Shown: piece by piece, positions 34,491-42,890 of the stretch
How positions within the stretch are numbered: position 1 is the first letter of the stretch
Layout of the letters: each line of letters begins with the position of its first letter
From: Chrysemys picta bellii
Lineage: Eukaryota
Reading direction: 5' to 3'
NCBI RefSeq assembly: GCF_011386835.1
Contig: NC_088802.1
Location: forward strand, 38,688,001 to 38,752,000
Length of the DNA: 64,000 nt
Position numbers and translations under genes: made by a program
The notes under the pieces: model-generated
Told to the model about the DNA's origin: nothing
The model's input: the letters and a program-made list of their open reading frames with translations, nothing else
The model's database searches: none

Positions 34491-36095
34491 GAATCATAGA
34501 CTATCAGGGTTGGAAGGGACCTCAGGAGGTCATCTAGTCCAACCCCCTGCTCAAAGCAGGACCAATTCCCAACTAAATCATCCCAGCCAGGGCTTTGTCA
34601 AGCCGGGCCTTAAAAACCTCCAAGGAAGGAGACTCCACCACCTCCCTAGGTAACGCATTCCAGTGTTTCACCACCCTCTTGGATATCTCCATTATTTATT
34701 ATTATCTCCTAGAGCTGGAAGGGACCTTGAAAGGTCATTGAGTCCAGCCCCCTGCCTTCACTAGCAGGACCAAATACTGATTTTGCCCCAGATCCCTAAG
34801 TGGCCCCCTCAAGGATTGAACTCACAACCCTGGGTTTAGCAGGCCAATGCTCAAACCACTGAGCTATCCCTCCCCCCTAGTGAAACAGTGTTTCCTAATA
34901 TCCAACCTAGGCCTCCCCCATTGCAACTTGAGACCATTGCTCCTTGTTCTGTCATCTGCCACCACTGAACAGCTGAGCTCCATCCTCTTTGGAACCCCCC
35001 TTCAGGTAGTTGAAAGCAGCTATCAAATCCCCCCTCATTCTTCTCTTCTGGAGACTAAACAATCCCAGTTCCCTCAGCCTCTCCTCATAAGTCATGTGCT
35101 CCAGACCCCTAATCATTTTTGTTGCCCTCTGCTGGACTCTTTCCAATTTTTCCACATCCTTCTTGTAGTGTGGGACCCAAAACTGGACACAGTACTCCAG
35201 ATGAGGCCTCACCAATGTCAAATAAAGGGGAACGATCATGTCCCTCAATCTGCTGGTAATGCCCCTACTTATACAGCCCAAAATGCTGTTAGCCTTCTTG
35301 GCAACAAGAGCACATTGTTGACTCATATCCAGCTTCTCGTCCACTGTGACCCCTAGGTCCTTTTCTGCAGAACTGCTACCTAGCCATTCGGTCCCTAGTC
35401 TGTAACAGTGCATAGGATTCTTCTGTCATAAGTGCAGGACTCTGCACTTATCCTGTTGAACCTCATCAGGGTATTTTTTTGGCCCAATCCTCTAATTTGT
35501 CTAGGTCCCTCTGTATCTGATTCCTACCCTCCAGTGTATCTACCACGCCTCCCAGTTTAGTGTCATCTGCAAACTTGCTGAGAGTGCAGTCCACACCATC
35601 CTCCAGATCATTAATAAAGATATTAAACAAAACCAGCCCCAGGACTGACCCGTGGGGCACTCCGCTTGAAACCGGCTGCCAACTAGACAGGGAGCCATTG
35701 ATCACTACCCGTTGAGCCCGACGATCTAGCCAGCTTTCTATCCACCTTACAGTCCATTCATCCAGCCCATACTTCTTTAACTTGGCAGCAAGAATACTGT
35801 GGGAGACTGTATTAAAAGCTTTGCTAAAGTCAAGGAATAACACATCCACTGCTTTCCCCTCCTCCACAGACCCAGTTATCTCATCATAGAAGGCAATTAG
35901 GTTAGTCAGGCACGACTTCCCCTTGGTGAATCCATGCTGACTAGTCCCGATCCCTTTCCTCTCCTCGAAGTGTTTCATAATTGATTCCTTAGGAACCTGC
36001 TCCATGATTTTTCCAGGGACTGAGGTGAGGCTGACTGGCCTGTAATTCCCCGGATCCTCCTCCTTCCCTTTTTTAAAGATGGGCACTACATTAGC
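34491..36095 (-). mobile_element. 5'-truncated CR1 LINE (reverse transcriptase and 3' end), frameshifted
   Basis: [65 protein letters not shown]; TCTATGATTC tail at 34491. Confidence 0.95.
34679..34876 (-). mobile_element. Tortoise Pol III SINE (tRNA-derived head, CR1-like tail) inserted in the CR1
   Basis: Minus strand GGGGGAGGGATAGCTCAGTGG (A box)...GAGTTCAATCC (B box)...GACCTTTCAAGGTCCCTTCCAG tail; interrupts CR1 sequence CACCCTC|CTAGTG. Confidence 0.9.
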
Positions 36096-36585
36096 TACAT
36101 CAATTCATCTAGATATTTGCCTAATTTAACAACAGGCTACATAAAAAGCACTAGCAAAGTCAGTACAAACTAAAGTTTCATACAGGCAAATCACTTGTTT
36201 ATTCTGCTCTGTATACTATACACTGATAAGTACAATATTTATATTCTAATTGATTTATTTTATAATTAGATAGTAAAAAGGAGAAAGAAAGCAATTTTTC
36301 AGTAATAGTGGGCTGGGACACTTTTGTATTTTTATGTTTGAGTTTGTAAGCAAGTTGTTTAAGGGTATGTCTACACTACGAAATTAGTTCGAATTTATAG
36401 AAGCCGGTTTTATTGAAATCGGTTGTATACAGCCGATTGTGTGTGTCCACACATAAAATGCTCTAGGTGCTCTAGTCGGCGGACCGCATCCACAGTACGA
36501 GGCTAGCGTCGACTTCCGGAGCATTGCACTATGGGTAGCTATCCCACGGCTATCCCACAGTTCCCGCAGTCTCCGCCGCCCCTTG

Positions 36586-38278
36586 GAATTCTGGGTTGAG
36601 ATCCCAATGCCCGGATGATGCAAAACAGTGTCGCGGGCGGTTCTGGGTACATGTCGTCAGGCCCCTCCCCCCCCGTCACAGCAACGGCAGACAATAGATT
36701 TGCGCCTTTTTACCTGGGTTACCTGTGCAGACAACATGGAGCCCGCTCAGCTCAGCTGAGCTCACCGTCACCATATGTCCTCTGGGTGCCGGCAGACGTG
36801 GGACTGCATTGCTACACAGCAGCAGCTGCTAACTGCCTTTTGGCGGTAGACGGTGCAGTAGACTGGTAGCCTTCATCGGCGATCTGGGTGCTGGCAGCCG
36901 TGGGGCTTGCCTTTTGGCAGTGGATGGTGTATTACGACTGTTAGCCATCCTATTACAAGTCGGGTCATCGCACGTTAGCAGAGTCTTCCCCGAGCAGCCG
37001 ATCGTGCAATAGGCCTGAAGACCATCGTCATACACTAACTGCCAAGCGCCCCGTATTTGCTGCCAAGCACCCAGAAAGATGCCGAGGGCTATCAGTCACG
37101 CTGCACCGTCATCTTAAGATGTAAAAAATAGATTTGCTCTGTATTCATTTGCTTCCCCCTCCCTCCGTCAAATCAACGGCCTGCTAAACCCAGGGTTTTC
37201 AGTTTAATCTTTGGGGGGACCATTCTGTGTGACAGTTGTTTGTGTTTCTCCCTGATGCACAGCCACTGTTCTTCATTTTAATTCCCTGTACCTGTACGCC
37301 ATGTCGTCACTTGGCCCGCCCTCCCTCCTTCCCCTAGTCCGTCAGATACTACTTTCGCGCCTTTTCTTTGAATTCTGGGTTGAGATCCCAATGCCCGGAT
37401 GATGCAAAACAGTGTCGCGGGTGGTTCTGGGTACATGTCGTCAGGCCCCTCCCCCCCCGTCACAGCAACGGCAGACAATAGATTTGCGCCTTTTTACCTG
37501 GGTTACCTGTGCAGACAACATACCACGGCAAGCATGGAGCCCGCTCAGCTCAGCTGAGCTCACCGTCACCATATGTCCTCTGGGTGCCGGCAGACGTGGG
37601 ACTGCATTGCTATACAGCAGCAGCTGCTAACTGCCTTTTGGCGGTAGACGGTGTAGCATGACTGATAGCCGTGGGGCTGGCAGCTGTAGGGCTGCATTGC
37701 ACCAGCCCCTTGCCCTTTGATAGGCGATGGTATATTATGACTGGTACCCATCGTCGTCATACTGGAGTGGCTGTCAATCATGGCCACCTGGGCAGACATG
37801 TTTCGATGATGATGGCTACCAGTCGTAGTATACTATTTTCTGCCAATTGCCCAGTATTGTCTGCTAAGCACCCAGAAGAGGCCGAGGGCGATGCTGGGTG
37901 CTGGCGGACGTGGGGCTGGCAGACGTGGGGCTGCATTGCTACACAGCAGCAGCCCCTTGCAGACGATGGTATATTATGATTGGTATCCATCATCATCATA
38001 CTGGAGAGGCTATCACTCATGCTGCACCGTCGGCTGCCAGCTTAAGATGTAAAAAATAGATTTGTTCTGTATTCATTTGCTTTCCCTTCCTCCGTGAAAT
38101 CAACGGCCTGCTAAGCCCAGGGTTTTCAGTTTAATCTTTGGGGGGACCATTCTGTGTGACAGTTGTTTGTGTTTCTCCCTGTTCCTGTACCTGTACGCCA
38201 TGTCGTCACTCGGCCCTCCCTCCCTCCCGCCCTCCCTCCTTCTCCTGGTCCATCAGATACTACTTTCGCGCCTTTTTT
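36586..38278 (+). repeat. Tandem duplication of the Harbinger 5' leader (unit 1 36586-37369, unit 2 37370-38278)
   Basis: Both units begin GAATTCTGGGTTGAGATCCCAATGCCCGGATG and share near-identical first ~270 bp and last ~230 bp. Confidence 0.85.
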
Positions 38279-38309
38279 CTGACCAGGCGCCATAGCTAGC
38301 ACTGGGATC

Positions 38310-39611
38310 ATGGAGCCCGCTCAGATCACCGCGGCAATTATGAGCACTATGAACACCACGCGCATTGTCCTGGAGTATATGCAGAGCCAGGACATGCCAA
38401 GGCGAAACCCGGACCAGCCGAGGAGGCGATTGCAGCGCGGCGACGAGAGTGATGAGGAAATTGACATGGACATAGACCTCTCACAAGGCACAGGCCCCAG
38501 CAATGTGGAAATCATGGTGTCACTGGGGCAGGTTCATGCCATGGAACGCCGATTCTGGGCCCGGGAAACAAGCACAGACTGGTGGGATCGCATCGTGCTG
38601 CAGGTATGGGACAATTCCCAGTGGCTGCGAAACTTTCGCATGCGTAAGGGCACTTTCATGGAACTTTGTGACTTGCTTTCCCCTGCCCTGAAACGCCAGG
38701 ATACCAAGATGAGAGCAGCCCTCACAGTTGAGAAGCGAGTGGCGATAGCCCTGTGGAAGCTTGCAACGCCAGACAGCTACCGGTCAGTCGGGAATCAATT
38801 TGGAGTGGGCAAATCTACGGTGGGGGCTGCTGTGATCCAATTTGCCAGGGCAATGAAAGACCTGGTGATAGCAAGGGTAGTGACTCTGGGCAACGTGCAG
38901 TCAATAGTGGATGGTTTTGCTGAAATGGGATTCCCAAACTGTGGCGGGGCCATAGACGGAACCCATATCCCTATCTTGTCACCGGAGCACCAAGCCACCG
39001 ACTACGTAAACCGCAAGGGGTACTTTTCAATGCTGCTGCAAGCCCTGGTGGATCACAAGGGACGTTTCACCAACATCAACGTGGGATGGCCGGGAAAGGT
39101 ACATGATGCTCGCGTCTTCAGGAACTCTGCTCTGTTTCGAAAGCTGGAGGAAGGGACTTTCTTCCCGGACCAGAAAGTGACCGTTGGGGATGTTGAAATG
39201 CCTATCGTGATCCTTGGGGACCCAGCCTACCCCTTAATGCCATGGCTCATGAAGCCGTACACAGGCAGCCTGGACAGGAGTCAGGACCTGTTCAACTACA
39301 GGCTGAGCAAGTGCCGAATGGTGGTGGAATGTGCATTTGGACGTTTAAAAGCGCGCTGGCGCAGCTTACTGACTCGCTCAGACCTCAGCGAAAAGAATAT
39401 CCCCATTGTTATTGCTGCTTGCTGTGCGCTCCACAATATCTGTGAGAGTAAGGGGGAGACCTTTATGGCGGGGTGGGAGGTTGAGGCAACTCGCCTGGCC
39501 GCTGATTACGCGCAGCCAGACACGAGGGCGATTAGAGGAGCACAGCAGGGCGCGGTGCGCATCAGAGAAGCTTTGAAAACGAGTTTTGTGACTGGCCAGG
39601 CTACTGTGTGA
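38310..39611 (+). CDS. Harbinger DDE transposase (DDE_Tnp_4/HARBI1-like family), 433 aa, intact ORF
   Basis: Motifs NFRM..F..L, HTH-like YRSVGNQFGVGKSTV, AIDGTHIP, NRKGYFS, GWPGKVHDARVF, LGDPAYPL, RMVVECAFGRLKARWR, CCALHNIC. Confidence 0.96.
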   Translation: MEPAQITAAIMSTMNTTRIVLEYMQSQDMPRRNPDQPRRRLQRGDESDEEIDMDIDLSQGTGPSNVEIMVSLGQVHAMERRFWARETSTDWWDRIVLQVWDNSQWLRNFRMRKGTFMELCDLLSPALKRQDTKMRAALTVEKRVAIALWKLATPDSYRSVGNQFGVGKSTVGAAVIQFARAMKDLVIARVVTLGNVQSIVDGFAEMGFPNCGGAIDGTHIPILSPEHQATDYVNRKGYFSMLLQALVDHKGRFTNINVGWPGKVHDARVFRNSALFRKLEEGTFFPDQKVTVGDVEMPIVILGDPAYPLMPWLMKPYTGSLDRSQDLFNYRLSKCRMVVECAFGRLKARWRSLLTRSDLSEKNIPIVIAACCALHNICESKGETFMAGWEVEATRLAADYAQPDTRAIRGAQQGAVRIREALKTSFVTGQATV

Positions 39612-39745
39612 AACTTCTGTTTGTTTCTCCTTGATGAACCCTCCAACCCCCCCCCCCCCCCCCGACCCGGTTCACTCTACTTCCCTGTAAACCAACCACC
39701 CCACCCCACCCTCCCCTCCCCAATTCGAGCACCGCTTGCAGAGGC

Positions 39746-39785
39746 AATAAAGTCATTGTTTTTTCACATTCATGCATTCTTTATT
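39746..39785. terminator. Back-to-back polyA signals of the convergent transposase (+, 39746-39751) and Myb (-, 39780-39785) genes
   Basis: AATAAA on each strand, 28 bp apart, downstream of both stop codons. Confidence 0.65.
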
Positions 39786-39877
39786 AGTTCCTCACAGAAG
39801 TAGGGGGATAATTGCCAAGGTAGCCTGGGATGGGTGGGGGAGGAGGGATGGAAAAGGACACACTGCATTTTAAAACT

Positions 39878-40380
39878 TTAACTCTTATTGAAGGCCAGCC
39901 TTCTGATGCTTGGGCGATCATCTGGGGTGGAGTGACTGGGTGGATGGAGGCCCCCCCACCGTGTTCTTGGGCGCCTTGGTGAGGAGGCTATGGAACTTGG
40001 GGAGGAGGGTTGTTGGTTACACAGGGGCTGTAGCGGCGGTCTCTGCTCCTGCTGCCTTTCCTGCAGCTCAACCATACGCTCGAGCATATCAGTTTGATGC
40101 TCCAGCAGACGGAGCATTGACTCTTGCCGTCTGTCTGCAAGCTGACGCCACCTATCGTCTTCAGCCCGCCACTTGCTCTTTTCATCCCGCCATTCAGCCC
40201 GCCACCTCTCCTCTCGTTCATATTGGGCTTTTCTCATCTCCGACATTGACTGCCTCCACGCATTCTGCTGTGCTCTATCAGCGTGGGAGGACATCTGCAG
40301 CTCCGTGAACATATTGTCCCTCGTCCTACGTTTTCTCTTTCTAATGTTCACGAGCCTCTGCGAAGGAGAAACATTTGCAG
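39878..40380 (-). pseudogene. Harbinger Myb/SANT-like protein, exon 2 (NLS-like RKRKRR, coiled coil, Pro-rich tail)
   Basis: Acceptor ccaccag|CTGCAAAT in phase 1 with exon 1; spliced frame 346 codons plus stop. Confidence 0.88.
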
Positions 40381-40807
40381 CTGGTGGAGGAGAAGGGAGA
40401 GGTGGTTAAAAAAAGACACATTTTAGAGAACAATGGGTACACTCTTTCATTACAAGGTCGCATATTTCGGCTTGCAGACAGCCATGGTAGGCCACAGTGT
40501 TTTGGCTTTTTTAACCTTCTTAACATGCGGGAAAGGTTGCAAACAGCAGCGCATTTCCCATATCAAGGATGAATTGGGTTGTCCATTTAAAATGGGTTTT
40601 CAATGTAAAAGGAGGGGCTGCGGTTTCCCGGTTAACATGCGGCACAAACACAAGTAAACCACCCCCCCCCCATACACGATTCTCTGGGATGATCACTTCA
40701 CCCCTCCCCTCCACCGCGTGGTTAACAGCGGGGAACATTTCTGTTCAGAAGAGCAGGAACGGGCGCCTCTGAATGTCCCCTTAATAAAATCACCCCATTT
40801 CAACCAG

Positions 40808-41104
40808 GTGACCGTGAATGATATCACTCTCCTGAGGATAACAAAGAGAGATAAGGAATGGATGTTGTCTGTATGCCAGCAAACACCGGGACCATACGCT
40901 GCCATGCTTTGTTATGCAATGATTCCAGACTACGTGCTACTGGCCTGGCGTGGTAAAGTGTCCTACCATGGCGGACGGGATAAGGCAGCCCTCCCCAGAA
41001 ACCTTTTGCAAACGCTTTGGGAGTACATAAAGGAGAGCTTTCTGGAGATGTCCCTGGAGGATTTCCGCTCCATCCCCATACATGTTAACAGACTTTTCCA
41101 GTAG
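40808..41104 (+). CDS. Putative BEN-domain terminal exon (98 aa) nested antisense in the Harbinger Myb intron
   Basis: Phase-0 acceptor ccccatttcaaccag|GTG, stop TAG 41102-41104, ATTAAA 41139-41144 plus U/GU tract; peptide follows a BEND3-type hydrophobic pattern (recalled, not searched). Confidence 0.62.
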   Translation: MTVNDITLLRITKRDKEWMLSVCQQTPGPYAAMLCYAMIPDYVLLAWRGKVSYHGGRDKAALPRNLLQTLWEYIKESFLEMSLEDFRSIPIHVNRLFQ

Positions 41105-41198
41105 ATGTACTGGCTGCGATTGCCAGGGCAAATTAATCATTAAACACGCTTGCTTTTTTGTGTGTAATGTTTACAAATATTTACAAAGTTACACTCAC

Positions 41199-41736
41199 CA
41201 GAGGTCTCCTGTGTGCCCTGAGGGTCTTGGGTGAGTTCGGGGGTTACTGGTTCCAGGTCCAGGGTCACAAACATATCCTGGCTGTTGGGGAAACCGGTTT
41301 CTCCGCTTCCTTGCTGCTGTGAGCTACCTACAGTACCTCCATCCTCATCTTCCTCGTTCCCCGAACCGTCTTCCCTGTGTGTTTCTCCAGTGAGAGAGTC
41401 ATAGCACACGGTTGGGGTAGTGGTGGCTGCACCCCCTAGGATCGCATGCAGCTCCGCGTAGTAGCGGCAAGTTTGCGGCTCTGCCCCAGACCTTCCGTTT
41501 GCTTCTCTGGCTTTGTGGTAAGCTTGCCGTAGCTCCTTAATTTTCACGCGGCACTGCTGTGTGTCCCTGTTATGGCCTCGGTCCTTCATGGCCTTGGAGA
41601 TCTTTTCTAATACTTTTCCATTTCTTTTACTGCTACGGAGTTAAGCTATCACTGCTTCATCTCCCCATATGGCGAGCAGATCTCGTACCTCCCGTTCGGT
41701 CCATGCTGGAGCTCTTTTGCGATCCTGGGACTCCAT
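41199..41736 (-). pseudogene. Harbinger Myb/SANT-like (trihelix) DNA-binding protein, exon 1, with premature TAA at codon 32 (41641-41643)
   Basis: MESQDRKRAPAWTEREVRDLLAIWGDEAVIA*LRSSKRNGKVLEKISKAMKDRGHNRDTQQCRVKIKELRQAY...CRYYAELHAILG; donor TCTG|gtgagt. Confidence 0.9.
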
Positions 41737-42711
41737 CACGGTTACCTGTGCTGATGAGCTCTGCGTGGTCACCTGTGCTCTCCACGCTGAGCAAACAGGA
41801 AATGAAATTCAAACATTCGCGGGTCTTTTCCTGTCTACCTGGTCAGTGCATCTGAGTTGAGAGTGCTGTCCAGACCGGTCACAATGAAGCACTGTGGGAT
41901 AGCTCCCGGAGGCCAATAACGTCGAATTCCGTCCACACTACCCCAATTCCGACCCGCAAAGGCCGGTTTTATCGCTAATCCCCTCGTCGGAGGTGGTGTA
42001 AAGAAACCGGTTTAAAGGACCCTTTAAGTCGAAAGAAAGGGCTTCGTTGTGTGGACGTGTCCAGGCTTAATTCGGTTTAACGCTGCTAAAGTCGACCTAA
42101 ACCCGTAGTGTAGACCAGGCCTAAGAGAGGTGAAACTTGGCAGTAGGCAGGACAAATCAGACTCCTGAAAGGAGTACATTAGTCTGGAAATGTTGAGAGC
42201 CACTGAATTAAACCAAAATGGCATATGCACATGCTGCTGGTCAGATACCAGAAAGTGGAGCAGCTGTCTGCAGAACAGAAAGAAGAGACCTACTCTTATT
42301 GGTAAACAGGAAGGGACTGTGTGGCTACAAGTTTTGAGAATTAAAGCAGGCCTCTGCCAGTCTAGGTGCTAGTGACTCTCCTTCAGCCAGTAAGGTGACT
42401 CCTAGTCCAGGGGTGCTGGAACAATTTTTATAATGGGGGTGCTAATGGTGGAAACCACATATTTGGTGTTTGTTCAAGCCAGGGGGTGTGGCAGCATTGT
42501 CCCAGACAGCTGGGGTTGGGAAGCTGCATGGACCAATGAAGAGAAATGAATTTGAAGTGTGTTAAAGTCTCATTTGGACTTCATTTCTAAGGCACATCTG
42601 TAAAGGTATGGGGGAACTAGCATTCTATAGTGGGATGGTAACATTTTAAACACTCATGCCTTTATTTAAATCCCTTCCATTTCCCACCATGAATAACATT
42701 GCTTCTGACTA

Positions 42712-42890
42712 GAGCACTGGACTGGGACTCAGGAGCCCTGATTTCTATTCCCCGCTAGCTACTGGCCTGCTGGGTGACCTTGGGCAAGCCACTTCACGTT
42801 TCTGTGGTTCAGTTTCCCCACCTGTAAAATGGGGATAATGATACTGACCTCCTTTGTAAAGTGCTTTGAGATCTACTGCTGAAAAGAGCT
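42712..42890 (+). mobile_element. Ancient MIR/CORE-like SINE
   Basis: GACTGGGACTCAGGAG..TTCTATTCCC..GACCTTGGGCAAGCCACTT..CAGTTTCCCCACCTGTAAAATGGGGATAAT. Confidence 0.7.

Larger units (their letters stand above)
36363..42121 (+). mobile_element. Near-intact autonomous-type PIF/Harbinger DNA transposon (5759 bp)
   Basis: TAA TSD (36360-36362, 42122-42124); TIRs GGGTATGTCTACACTACG / GGCCTGGTCTACACTACG; transposase plus convergent Myb/SANT gene. Confidence 0.95.
34429..42205 (+). mobile_element. hAT MITE (~408 bp when reconstructed), split by CR1 and Harbinger insertions
   Basis: TIRs CAGTGGTTCTCAAC / GTTGAGAGCCACTG; perfect 8-bp TSD AATTAAAC (34421-34428, 42206-42213); pieces 34429-34490, 36098-36362, 42125-42205. 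Confidence 0.88.

Noticed and set aside
34800-34876. tRNA gene (A and B boxes present)
   Set aside because: It is the head of a SINE continuing into a CR1-like tail; no proper cloverleaf or Pol III terminator
38310-39611. Host gene HARBI1 (domesticated transposase)
   Set aside because: Bounded by TIRs and a TSD, paired with a Myb gene and inserted inside a MITE, so it is a transposon copy; no gene symbol given
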